Assembly (NCBI GenBank): GCA_002633005.1
Contig: NMRA01000007.1
Location: forward strand, 1,514,001 to 1,578,000
DNA from: Phoronis australis
Lineage: Eukaryota; Animalia; Phoronida
Length of the DNA stretch: 64,000 nucleotides
Direction of reading: 5' to 3'
The notes beneath the pieces are model-generated. The model had not been told where the DNA came from. It ran no database searches and worked only from the letters and a program-made list of their open reading frames with translations. Made by a program: the position numbers and the translations under genes. Every line of letters begins with the position of its first letter. Positions within the stretch are counted from its first letter, which is position 1. Positions 23,801-36,400 of this stretch are shown one piece after another.

Positions 23801-26800
23801 GGCTGAAAATGCTTGCCACAGCTTTGTACGTTGCGTGAACGGGTAGCACTGCGTTCTTCACACGAACGAGCTAGCCAAGTACGGTGAAATGTGTCATCCT
23901 TCGGAAAGCGATGCAAAGTACCCAAAGCGCGTGTGAGACGATAATGAGTATATCCTGATACACAACAACAGTGCGGCATGTTGACTGACTTGTAAACAAA
24001 AGCAAACGACGACCGAACTTATCACATCCGAGGTAGAACAATGACTGACTTGACAGCTCTCACAGTCTGACTGTATGAAAAGAAACTGGCGCGAAATTCT
24101 TGCCTCCTAAAACGTCACTTCCGGAGTAGAAGACGAGAAATTAATTAAATTACGAAAAGCTGTAACTAAGTGAAAATATGTCTGGGATAATCAACAAACC
24201 TTATTTTTGCTAAAAGTGACATGAAAAAAGGTTGCCTTCGCCTCTAAGCATGAAAAGATTTCTATCCAAGAGAAGACAGTGTGGCCTAGTGCGATAGGTC
24301 CCCGCTTTCTTTACGTGAGGTCATAGGTTCAAGTCCCACTGGGCCACACTGCTAGACCCTTGAGTCAAGTTTCTAGCTCCTCAACCTGGTTGTAACTACA
24401 CATTAATAAAGAACAAAAAATGGTTCCAGGTGATCAGTGCAATGGGCCCACATGCACGGCCTGTGCACATCTAGGCACAACGTGTGTCAGACCACCTGCA
24501 ATTATTAAAAAAAATCTGTCCGACCGGCACTGAAACCCAGGAATGTCTGATAAATTTGTTGACAGTCAATACAGAAATCCAAAGAGAATTATGGCATTAA
24601 GAAGACCAACAATTCTTACTTATACCATGTCAATGCGGTGACGTATAACAACTCAATTATATCACAATAAAGTTTCATTGCTTTTGAAAAGAAAAGTCAT
24701 TTTACACAGATTATTTACGAGAACAGGTTACACAACTCAAAAACTACGTGTATTACTAAAGATGTTAATAACTTTAAAATGTGAATGGTGCACACATCAA
24801 GTGAAAAATTTAGATGTCATCGGTGACAAGGTAAAATAACTTTTCATTAATATTTTCATGGAATTCTGTACTAAACTTGCTGAAGCCACCTCCAGACACA
24901 AGTTTGCAACCAGTGAAACAAACTGAAGTAGTCTGTTGTTTCGGGAGTGATTTCATCACACTGGCACCAATTGACAAATCAATACAGTCAGCGACATATC
25001 ATGTGACTTACTGTCGCTGCCATCCGCGTAGTGCTCGAAGATAGGTAGAGAGACGCCTGAAAAAGAAATAAAAGGAAAGTTTAAAATCAAGCTGCAAACT
25101 CCCAACAGCCAGTTCCAAGAAATCTCAATGATTGAGCAGTATCTACCCTTTCAATTACCCATAATGCAGCATGTCAGTAAGTAGAGCACTTGTTCCACCC
25201 CACACTTTTACACTGCTGCCGTGGTAACACCATTACAATTACGTACCTTGCCATTCATCACACAAAATACAGTTTTGTTGTAGTAGCATAAAAATTCATA
25301 AAAATTTGAAAAGCCATGTGAGGCGTGTAAAATCGTTCTTCACTTGGCGTGTGTTAGCGGTGCTGCCTTAGAAAAACTAGGCCAGTAATACAATGTTTTT
25401 CTACCCCCACAAAAGAAGAGAATTTAATTCGGGATGTGGGAGAGAAAACTGTAAAGTTTTTAACTATTATGTTTTCTCATGGACGGAATATCATTTTCTA
25501 AACTTTCCATAATACAAAACTCGAAGGAAAATAAAAACTATAGCAGGGGTCCCTCTAGAGAGCTGGGCCAGGGACCCCTCTCATTAAAGTCGTAAGTTTG
25601 ATCGCAGCTAAGACAATTGTAGGTACATGTTATTGCGCCCCGCTTCCACCCACCCCGAACATGGCCAATTCGGATGTTTACTGATGACATATCTGGCACT
25701 AATACAACTTGAGGTGGACCCACATCACATTTCAAAAATTTCACAGGCCTTGAATTTTTTTCCAATTCAGCTAACCAAGGGAGCAATTTAGCACATGAAA
25801 TGTTAACAAAATTATGTGTTTGGATTAGTCGGCGTGCTCCGAGAACGGTTGCACCCATTGTATGCTCCCGGGGAGATTGACCAGGTCCGTGGCCAGGTAC
25901 TAATTTGGAAGTGCTCAGAAACAGCATATTAAACATTTAATTTTGGCATTTTGACTTTACTTGATTGGGTATGAAACGTCAAAATAATGTCAAAGTAAAC
26001 AAGTGAATAAGACCATGCATCCAACCCCTGTAACCTACCTGCTACGTTGTCTTTCTTAGAGCGCACTTTAATCTGCGCCTTGTTAACATTCTGTATCACC
26101 ATGTGGTTGAAGTCTCCCGAGGCAAACTTGGCTTCCGCCAATGAGAACGATGCATTCTTCATCACGTCACCCATGGCAACCTTTGTCTGTATCAAACAAA
26201 TAAGACATTAAGAGCCCCTAACGGAACAGCATTTGTCTTCACATTTACGATGCATTTTTCACACCACACCATAATTTCATACATATGTCTGATACAGAAT
26301 TTACTGATGTTTGCCAACAGTTGAAACTCCGTGTATGACAGCAAGATTTGATTTTGTATGCTACGAATGATTTACTTAACAAGTGTTATTTTACGACAGG
26401 TGTGCACTATAAACTATTTTAATCGGGAATTCAAAACATTTGTTGAGAAATTTTATACTAAGTTAATAAAACTTTGTGTTCCTGCCACATCGTGCACAAA
26501 ATAGAATAAATGTTAAAAATCTGTGCTTACATCTATAATTTTCTTTAGAATTTGCCTAAATCTCATGGTCAGTGCATCAGCCTTCTTCTTGAGTAGACTG
26601 TGTCCTTTCTGTGCCCCCTTCAGTCTACCCTTCATAAGAGTCATGGCCCTGAAAAGTATTGAATATACACAACTTTAGACAAAAGTAACTTCATCATCTA
26701 GTTTTCAATATATCCATCCCAAAACAAATTAAGCCATCAGAATTTTACTAATAATCTTGGGTGCGCATTCAATAACACCAATCACTCGGAATATACAAGC

Positions 26801-28627
26801 TGTAAAACACTTGTACTATCACAGCTAAAACAGCGAGCACCGTGGGTGTCAAAACAACTACCATGCAACATCCTAAGCAGTCGTCTGTCACTCATAGTGT
26901 TGGTCTGTTTGTATTCTAGTGCTTGGCTAGTTAAGCAAACTGCTTTCAAAATACTCATCAAACACCGGCGAGACATCATGCTACAACTAACTCCACCACC
27001 AGTCAACAAGAATTAATGAAGGAGTATAACGTACTCGACTAGAGCAGCAAGAGATTTAGTGTAAGGGCCCTCGCTCACCTGAGGGGACTAGTACCTGTGC
27101 CTCCCGAGAGGGGAATAACTGGTGGAGGGGAAACCAACTGATCACCACCGCGAGGCACCCCTTATCAACAATGTCTCACGTATAGCCAAAACTAACGTTT
27201 TGAAGAAGTTATTCTAATCTTGCAGGGAGTTTTTTTTAATTATAACAGGAATTTTTGGGTTCGATGAGGGCAATTTCACTTGATTTTAAAATAGTTTTCA
27301 TAAGGGATTGAGGATTATATGTAGCCCCAAAATTGAGAAATTGAGGACCCTGAGTGTTGCGGACCCTAGCATCTCGCCTAAAGAACTAATGTTCCAATAG
27401 CAATGATCTGTAGAATGCCAAGTCAAAACACATCAGTAACAGGAACTAGAATCCACATGAGCCAGGTTCCACATTAAGTGAGTCACAAGAATTAGTTAAC
27501 TGCCAGTACCCCTAAACTGGGGCCCTTTTGCAAAAAACAACTGTTTTTCAATAGCTCCTTCCCTGCTTCCACCTACTGAACAGAGTGACCAAAATTTCCT
27601 CTTCCTATAAGCCAATAGGTGACAGATGTCTTTTAATGCATCCAGGAGTCTAATTCCATAGTTTGCCGTGGAACCATTTATTGGTTGTATAAACACTGAT
27701 GATGTTTGACTGAAGTTCAGCAAAAAGTCAGACAGTGAATATATGTATAAAATTATACCGAAATATGAATGTTCTCGTGAAAAGTATGTTGTTTCATTTC
27801 TATTAATGCTTTGGCCAAAAAACTGGCAATGAGATCAGGTTGTAATAAATAGTGCCAGTGGTGAACTAGCCACCCTCTCAAGATGAGCACACACTGAGTC
27901 CTCATACAGCCCCTACCCGCAGCAGATACAGCCAGTGAACGCAAGTGAGCGCCGACCCTCTCAAGCAAGCTAGACAGTGGGGGTCTTTAGTTGTGATACA
28001 CAAGTCCCCCATCTATGTTGCTGCCTCTCGGCGTGGATGTCAGATGGATGATCTCCCTAAACTTTCTGCGAGTTTCCCTTTCACCCCAAGCTAATTCACA
28101 AGGCCTACATTAGCATTCAGTCTACAATTTTGTTGACGGAACAAAGAACTACTCAAAAAAGTCGATTGCAGAAGTATTTGTTCTAGTTGGAAGGATTTAA
28201 AGAATCCAACTGCCTCTAAAGTCTTCTAAGCCAAAGGTGTCCAAATACAACTGCACTCAAAAAGTACACACAGTAACCTTGATAGTTTAGCCAGGATTAT
28301 GAGTAATTTACAGGAAATCTTTCAGCATACAAGCTTGACAAGGACGTGCCATCATTTCTAGTAGTGAGTACTAGTGATACAGGATGTCATGGCCTATCTC
28401 TTTTCGACGTCCATTCTCCCGGCATTGGCATTGCCATTGATTTGATTGGCATTGCATATGCCTGGGCTACTGCCTGGAGTATATTGTACAGTACTAATCC
28501 CTAATCTTAAACCAATCGAAAAGCATAAAATTAACAACTGAATTCCTCGAACGGATTGTCCTAGTTGACGAATAGTGTCTTACATCCGTGAAGGAAACAC
28601 ATTGATCTTGTCGTCACGCGAAGACAT
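20810..28627 (-). CDS. ATP6V1D: V-type proton ATPase V1 subunit D; exons (minus) 28627-28584, 26648-26531, 26186-26039, 25056-25012, 22806-22636, 21945-21867, 20954-20810 (249 aa)
   Basis: The GT-AG model totals 750 nt. Hallmark peptides are [111 protein letters not shown] and terminal DEDLLFD. Confidence 0.97.
20991..21061. repeat. Hairpin element, copy 2 (ATP6V1D last intron)
   Basis: ATTTTGAGAACCAGTTTTCTC...GCATCAAACTGGTTCTAGAAAT has the same core as 19057-19125. Confidence 0.7.
22215..22515. repeat. Diverged 50-bp minisatellite (~6 copies) in ATP6V1D intron 5
   Basis: CAGTCAAA-like anchors at 22263, 22313, 22363, 22413 and 22463. Approximate unit: CAGTCAAACANGACATCGACTGGTTCCATANCCAACACTAGATGGNGNN. 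Confidence 0.85.
22932..24243 (-). mobile_element. Non-autonomous Kolobok-like DNA transposon with degenerate THAP-domain ORF and ~310-bp inverted repeats, in ATP6V1D intron 4
   Basis: Inverted repeats at 22932-23243 and 23933-24243. Termini are AGG...CCT, flanked by ATAA/CTAA (a degenerate TTAA). The ORF at 23979-23557 has THAP motifs (C-V-x-G-[Y], HRFP, W, CGKHF, LKKGS). A downstream LFRRCHVC...G...V...C..GH zinc-finger remnant lies at 23382-23250. Confidence 0.8.
23557..23979 (-). pseudogene. Degenerate THAP zinc-finger (transposase N-terminus) ORF
   Basis: The THAP C2CH signature has its second Cys replaced by Tyr and the AVP box degraded to SIL. No DDE domain is present in the element. 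Confidence 0.75.
24271..24514 (+). mobile_element. tRNA-derived SINE with LINE-derived 3' tail
   Basis: Pol III A box TGGCCTAGTGCG (24282-24293) and B box GGTTCAAGTCC (24326-24336). A ~75-bp 3' tail (24427-24500) resembles the LINE end at 13065-13141. The element ends in an A-rich run, with a possible degenerate TSD (TCTATCCAA/TCTGTCCGA). Confidence 0.8.
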
Positions 28628-28680
28628 CCCTTAGCCACTTTAGCCGTAACACAACCCCCAAACTGGAAATAAAGCTACTA

Positions 28681-28745
28681 CCGGAAACGTTGATCAGCTG
28701 TACGCATGCGTAGTCACGTGCCAATGTTTTTCCATTTGACCAATA
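28681..28745 (-). promoter_or_regulatory. ATP6V1D proximal promoter: CLEAR/E-box (GTCACGTGCC, 28713-28722), NRF1-like palindrome (TACGCATGCGTA, 28701-28712), ETS CCGGAA (28681), two CCAAT boxes
   Basis: The motifs cluster 55-120 bp upstream of the ATG at 28627. The CLEAR consensus GTCACGTGAC is matched 9/10. Confidence 0.65.
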
Positions 28746-30469
28746 GATGTCTCTACAGAAGCACACGGCTTCTCGTGTTCCGAGTCAGATTTTTATTTTT
28801 TAAATGCTTATAATGAAATATTCAGTACAATAAATATACATACCAAGAAAGCGCCAAGAGTCAAAGAAATCGAAAAACTAGCTTCTAATTCTACTTATCT
28901 TTTACGAAAAGTTAATCCACTTGAGAAACCTGACCGTCAAAATGCCAAGACTAAGCTAACATATTTAATTCATTGAGTGAAAATTCACAATCCCTAGTTG
29001 CAGTCCTGGCAATATAATTTATTTTCATCATCGATTGAGGTAAATGACCAGTACATCACAAAGGCATCATAGACGTAAAATGAAATCAAAAGTAATTAAA
29101 AATTCACTGGAATCGCAGCAGTTCGCAACATATTTCAGAACTCCTTGACTAATGAAGGGTCATGGGGAAAAAGTAGAACCAACTGTCGAAATGGGGGGAG
29201 GGGGGTTACTTCCACATAGAACTATTTGCCAACTAACTCCCCCGCCTTTGACTAGACACAGTCTCGCTTTTTGACTGCTTTGTCAGACCCGCGTCCCGAC
29301 GCAACATGTCCCACTTTCTGACACACTGGCACGCGGGGATAATTGCGTTATATGTTCCATATTTTCGTGTCCAGCCTTCCCTCGTAGTCGAGGTGTCAGA
29401 GTACTGGGTGTTAAGTACGGCGGACATTTCTCTCTTCGACGGTATTTATGGCTTATATTCAGTTGTCCCGGTAGCATTTTCAGTGTGGCAAATATTGTTA
29501 AATATTCTCACCTCAAGACTTGTATGCGAGCCGTGTCCCTCAGAAGGGGTGATATCAGTTCACGACCATTTTCCCCATTAAAGGATGCCTTTCAGCCTGG
29601 ATTCCCTACACCGGTGCCCCAGTTTTACGGAGCCGAGACCGAGCAAATACGAAGTCTCAACAAAAAAGCACTATGAATATTCAATAGAAAGCGGCCATAC
29701 CGCGTGCTTCCTGTCAAAAAGTTTTAATGGCCACTCACCTCACGTTATAAATTTGGCCCTCCCTGGAAAAGGAAAAATGTAAGGCTAACTTCATTACGGT
29801 ACGTGGACTAAAATTTTTTTCGTGATGGAAGAGGCTGTAACAATATAATGTTCACTTTTAAAACGTGATGCGTTCACATTGCCTGGAAACGGCTACTAAG
29901 TAACAGTAATTAAAGCTGCGAATGTTTCAAATTAATGTTTGCAAAAGGATATTTGTTGAATCATAATAATTTTCCAATTTAGTCTCCACTGCATCACCGG
30001 TCACAAATCAATGTAAACTGTTTTGATGAAATGTCAGCCCTCAAACGAATTATCTCATGATATGATCTAAAGCACGTGGTTTCAACAGTTTATGACAAAA
30101 GAGTTATACATGTATACCCGAAAATATGTAGCACATGATAACCTATGACCTATGACCTAAATAACATCCAGCTGTTCGACGAACCGATGTGATGATAACG
30201 CTGCAGAGGTCTGTCAGATTGGTCTGTGAGTCCACAGGCGTGAGTCATGTGTTAGCTGTCGTCTGGTGACAGTGTCACGATCAGGTTTGGAACGTACCAG
30301 ATTCTCATGTTGAGAAAGAGGAAGCGGTGAAACCAACGAATGACCCAGATCATGTCAAACTCATAATCACAGCGCTATAGTTAGTGCAATACAGAAGTCG
30401 AACGAGAGGCGCGAGTTCTTTCGTGTTGATAGAAGACTAGACCGTCTCAAAGACATTCCAACTTAGGAA

Positions 30470-33400
30470 ATGGATTACTGCGTTTCTCGTGGGCGAATCA
30501 TTGAGATTGTTGTTTGCTTCGGTAAGTGTCAAACTCATATTAAGATATTTGTTCTAGGTTTGCAAAACGTGAGTGACAGTTTAATTTCGGTACAATGTAG
30601 CCTACGGCCGGCTTGCCGTCTTCATTCGGGGTATTTTTAATCATTTTGAAGAAAATCGCCCAAATGTTTTTGATAGAGGAAAAACATTTGAATCCGAACT
30701 GAGGTTAAGGATATGCGTGACCTTATCAATAAGTTTGTGAATTCAACCAAATATCTACTGGTCTAATAGATTTTAACTCGGTACTGTATTTTCTGAAAGT
30801 AGAAAGTAGAACTTGATTGTCGACTTCTTAACAATCTTCGACTTATTGGGCCACGCGAACGTGTCTTTTACATTTAATTTTAGCAAAAAAAGAAAGATAT
30901 ATTAATAGCAACACAACGGTACCAATGACATCATCACCAAGTTTGATTTAATAAGAATGTTCAAGATGAAATAACGCTCGGTTACACTAGTTTTCTTATC
31001 ATTAAGGTTTCGTTGTAATCAAATTTTGAGCCTTGCCATGAAGCTTATTAAGTCTTATCGTTTCTAGCCCCTCAGTCATACAAAAGTGGAACATTTTGAA
31101 AACAATTGCTAATAACGCACAGTATTTAAAAGTTTCGTATGAATCCGATTATCAGTTTTTGAGGCATGATGCTCCAAAGCTAGCCAAATTTGAACAGTTT
31201 TGTAGGGTCCTAGATCACCTTGAATGCCTGATTAGACGATGCATTGTGTGACATCGTGGTGGGCGCTGTGCCAATGTGACCAAGCCTTTTATTAATCTCA
31301 CTTATTGTTTTACTGAGTCTAAAAGCAATTAAAACAGCGCCTTTTTATCATACGTGTCATGCAACCACGTACAGTCGCAAAAATGGTTTAAGTTGTTTTA
31401 TTCACAAGGGAATTGTTTTAGTAGTATTCATTTTCTTTGTAATTAACTCGCAAATTCGACAAAAAACAGTATCATTTGCAGTGAGAATTTCGAAACGTCA
31501 TTATAGAGTTTGAAAGTCATGATTTAACTAACTAAATATATTTCACGGCACGTTTTCCAGACTTCATCAAAAATTTTAATCAGGTTGTTACACGGAGCAA
31601 AATGAGCCTAACTCTTGCCCGCTGAGTCATAACGGGAGGTTGATTGGCGTTAGCAACAAATGCCTACATTTCTCGTGGAAATTGCTTTCCAAATGCTGAA
31701 AGTTCAGTGATAGAGAGCTAAACCAAATGTCACTATTGGCAACATGTTATTCCGTTGGCCTCAGGCTTGCACCTTACCATGGCTAAAGCACGTGTTTTGC
31801 AATCATGGCGTAAATGACTTTTATTGTGGTTGTTTTTTTAATGTTATCGTCATGGGCGATACGTTATGCAAAGGAAATAGTCACATTTGGTGGTCTTTTC
31901 GAAAATCAAGCAATCACTGTATAACGTCGGTGGATGCAACTGGTTCTCAGAATTAAAAGATAATACATTCATGTTCTACTGCACCCGTATCAATTCAGGC
32001 GTTTTCTTCAGTTAACAGTTGTACGTGGCTAAAAGTATATTCTGATATATATGGAGCGTATCAATTTAGCATTACATTTCCTTTGACTACTTGTGCTCTA
32101 TACGGCGTAATGGTCTTCCGATCTCAAAACTAAACATCACTACCAGTCGAGGTTAAACAGATTCATGGTTTGCTCCCGATACTCCGGTGCACCCGTTTCG
32201 TGTTGTTTTCTACGCAATACAAAAAAATTGTCCGCTGTTGTGCTTTGTTTTATCAGAAACCCCGAGGTCGGGACATGACGACATGAGTCCGTCTAATGCA
32301 ACGCCGTATTGGCAGCAATAACAACCCACTAGAGTCTGTTTCGTGATTCGCTCATGAAATCCTTCAAGTGCTCTTGTGGTCATCCCATTTGATTTACGCT
32401 ATTGTCGGTCCGCAGAATTTACAAAGCAAACCTAAGCCCATTCCATCCTAATCCTACTTGAATTTTAATAGCAATCGTCTTGGCGATGGGTTGGGAAAAC
32501 ATTCGACCATTTCGTTCAATTGGTAGGATTATCGTTTTTCAACCTGAAGATTCTCCAATTAATTGAAATTAACTGGATTTAAGGTGCTGCGGGGGTCGTG
32601 CTGCGGCCACGGAATGTTGATTCGTGGGAGAAGATTGCTCTGGGCGTTGATGACTGTCCTCTGAATGAACGAGGATAGTGTTTATACTCTGTCAGCAAGT
32701 GGCACCAGGCATCGTAGTACTTGAATGCGTAGCTATGTATTATTAAAGGAAGCGAACCTCTCACAGTCCTGTCCTGAGCCTTTAATTATAGGCGCGAGCC
32801 ATAAACGAAAGGGGATGGAAAGCTTCCTGAAAGCAACTATGCAAGACAAAGTGGCATGCTAAGTTTTTTATTGAAGTGTCTTGTATCATGTTGCATGAAT
32901 GGGAAAAAGTTAAAAGCTGCTTTTGGAGACGCTAATTTATCTGAATGTCATTTTCGTTAAAGCATAACTCCGCGAGAAATGAGAAAGTCCTTGGAAAATG
33001 AAAGGAGACGTCACTTTCCATCAGTCCTAACGACTACTTGCGCATGATTAGTCAGCCCCGTGTAAGATTTTATAATGTTTTGGGAATCATTTAATCGGAT
33101 TTATGTCTGTCGTTATTGGTTCTTTTTAGTTATACAATCTGACAGAGCAATGAAGAGGAGGGGGGGGGGNGTGTTGACTATGAGGTCTTGCAGTTCAAAG
33201 TATTTTCCTGTTTCCCTAACCTCCATGTACTTGGCTTCAAGCAACACCACGATTCATATTGAAGCTGTTTGATATGCAATTTATCGATGAATATTAGCCT
33301 ACCGGTTCGTGTTTAACGAAGCACGATCACACGAAAATTAACATTAATCATTTACAGCAAGTGGAAAATCAGATCCCTGATCTCAGGTTAAATTGTAAAC

Positions 33401-36400
33401 AAAATCAAAATCATATAAATATTCTCGGGGTGTGAGGAGACTATGCGACTGCAAGAAACATAATGAAATATTTGAACTCAGACTGATCAAACGTATGAAC
33501 GAATCAATGACCATTCAGTTATTACGTCTTGTTACGTTTTGCGCTGTTTGTGCGCGCGCTATGCCCTGAATAGGCGATACAGACCTGACAGCACAAACTG
33601 CAGTTATGTAAACAATCCAATGAAACATAAACACTTCGGTTTGTTCGCATTTCTTGTTTTACAATTTATTACGGATGTTTGACTCAACAGTTCGTTGGCC
33701 AACGGAACAAACGGTTGAAATCTGATAACGATCGCTCCTGGTAACGGACACATTATGCAATATTTTCGCAAGGAATGTTCTACTCCACTAAAGCAGCAAC
33801 ACGACGATGAAACTACGTTCCCATGTTTCGCAAAAGCATCGTATTGTGGTTTTGTGCTTTTTTATGAAAAGTGTTACATACCTTGTTAGTGCTTTTTGTG
33901 AATAAAACAAAACTTCGCTATGGTTTATCAAATAATGAAATTCGTTTCTGATTTCTTCTCAAAGTACGTGTTAAATTAGGTAAAAAAGTAACTATTATAC
34001 CCACATGTGTTGTGTGGGTATTGGCTGGAAACAGTCGTCTTTACCGCAATGTTAGTCCTAGCGATAAAACGCTCAGCAACGGATTTGAAAAATCTTGAGA
34101 TTTCAAGTGTGACCTCTGGTCTTCGTCAGAATAGTTCCAACGTGTACTGAGCGGCGGTGACCTGGCAACTGCATGGGCGCTGACAGCGTTTAGTTCTCTT
34201 TTATCTCAGATTGACCATCTATCGCCTGTAAACCGATAAACGCATGCAAAGCGAATGTAATGTACACAACTGTGGTCCCCACGCATTCTGTTGAGTTCGG
34301 TCTTTCGGTCCTGTGATAGTACGGCCCAGGGTCTAATCTATGCACTCAAATTCGAACTCGAAATTATATTTGACATTTCCCGTTCCACTTTAGTGCACTG
34401 AAGTTAAGTGACTAGTATTAAGTGCTCAAAATACATAATTTACATGGATGACTTTCTAATCTTGGCTTGCAATTTATGACAGCATTATCATTATGAGTTC
34501 CATGCTGAACTCGAGTTCGCAGTCCGAGTCTAGGGGTCATCAAGTGCGAACTTGTGTCAGACACGCATCGGCATAATCCGTAACATACACGAGCAAAGAG
34601 AAGCAACCACTTATTTCAAGTTAGCACAAAAACAAAACGGAAAATGTCAAAAATAATTTCGGGTTTTATTTGCAGTACAAAGCTTAGACCCCGGACCCAA
34701 ATGTGCGTACCATTTCAGTCTGAAAGAAAAGGGTACCCTTGGGCCACTCTCAAATCGAGAATTTGAAAATATTTAGATTGGAGATGACACTGAGCAAATT
34801 TGGGTTCAGGATTTCAACACTTCTTCTGGTTGAGAGTGGCGCTTGGGGCTTTTGGCTTGCCCCCTTTTTGAACTTTCCTTCGAGCTTTACGTATATACAG
34901 ATCTAACCGACAGTTCGCAACTGGCAACTGGTGTTTATTGGGGAGTGTCTGGAACCATTTGTGAATGTCAAAGTAAACACCAGGTTTTAACGTTATCAAC
35001 AAGTGGTCGGAATTTAGATGGTTTTATGACTGCGTTAGTCTCTTGACTCGTGGGTAACTGTGCACCAGACGACAAGTAAAAATCCAATCACACAGCCAAC
35101 AGGAAGTGATTCCGCATGAGAAATGGGTGTCACATTTACTGATACACGCAAAGGCCTTTTGATTTTTGCTGCGCTTTTGTTAGTTTACCTTCTATTGAAC
35201 AAGACTGTATATCTTGCTCATTTCTAACATCACCATTCGTCGTATGATTGTTATCATCATGTTCATCATCGCCACCTCCATCACCAGGATCGTTATTATC
35301 GTTATCATTGTCATTGTCATCTCCATTGTCGTCTTTTCAATCAATATCGCCAAGTGTCGCTCCTCCTAACGCTTTCATTTAAAAAATGTCGATGTCGCCG
35401 TTCATCGAATGTGCAAATCCATGTTTTCGCTCTTATCTCAAACACGAGTTGTTGCTGTTCTATGCCATTCCAAGTGTTCCCCGTGTTATTTAAACGTAAA
35501 GCGTCAATGCAATGAATGGTCCAATTTAGTAATCGTTCAATTACTGACAACAATTACTTCATTATCTATCCAGTCTGTCGTAATGATGCATCTCAGTGCA
35601 GTTCATGTACACCAACGGTGTTTGTCGTCGAATAAAAATATATAGGTTAGCCTAATCGGAACAAGTACTCGCTACGAACTAACCCTGTCATTTCATAGGG
35701 GCGAGTTATTGAATCACAATGACAGTTCTTTGCAATATTTTCTGTTTCTTTGTGTCCTACAATAGCCTTTCACCTGTGCCTTATTCACGCTGATAACTGT
35801 TCAACCAGCCAAGATGTCCAGATATTAACGAGTACTACACTCATTTCACTTCATGGATGTAACCTGATTCGTCCGTCGACACTTTATGTCTTATTGTTTA
35901 TAACCTGATGATGTCTAATGAATAGAGGAAACGTTGAATCAATATGAACTTTTTCATTTGTGCGGGGATTGTCCGTTTTTTGATCCTATTATGGCCAAAA
36001 ACTGATGTAATTAACAAGTTTCTGAATCGTGGACACGTCATCGTTTTTCTAAATCTTTTTTGACATGACACATTATGTAGAAAATTGTTTTGCCTGCTCT
36101 ATTGTGTGATAGGTACTGCCATCATTGTTTCTGGACGTGCAGCCTGTATTCTTCCGTGGGCCGGCAAATCATCGCCTAGTAGGTCTCCTACTTGCTCGTG
36201 GCGACAATATGGCAGCCATAACTGTACAATAATAGCATCACCACTGTTTTTTGTACAACCTATTCCGGAGGCTAAACATGTGCTTGCTCTGGTGGCGCCA
36301 ATATATTTCACATGTTACAACGACTAACACTACCGTGTTTGGTTTTTACAACTGAAATAATTTTTGATGGCCACAAAAGAAAGTAAGTCCTATTTCTTGT

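Noticed and set aside
24277-24351. Functional tRNA gene
   Set aside because: It has A/B boxes but no proper cloverleaf or anticodon arm, and it continues into a SINE body and LINE-like tail.
27064-27163. HDV-like ribozyme
   Set aside because: A P1-like stem is present, but no P2 pairing or canonical P3/L3 could be built.
33161-33170. Ambiguous bases (n at 33170 and 50751)
   Set aside because: These are assembly or consensus uncertainty, not biology.
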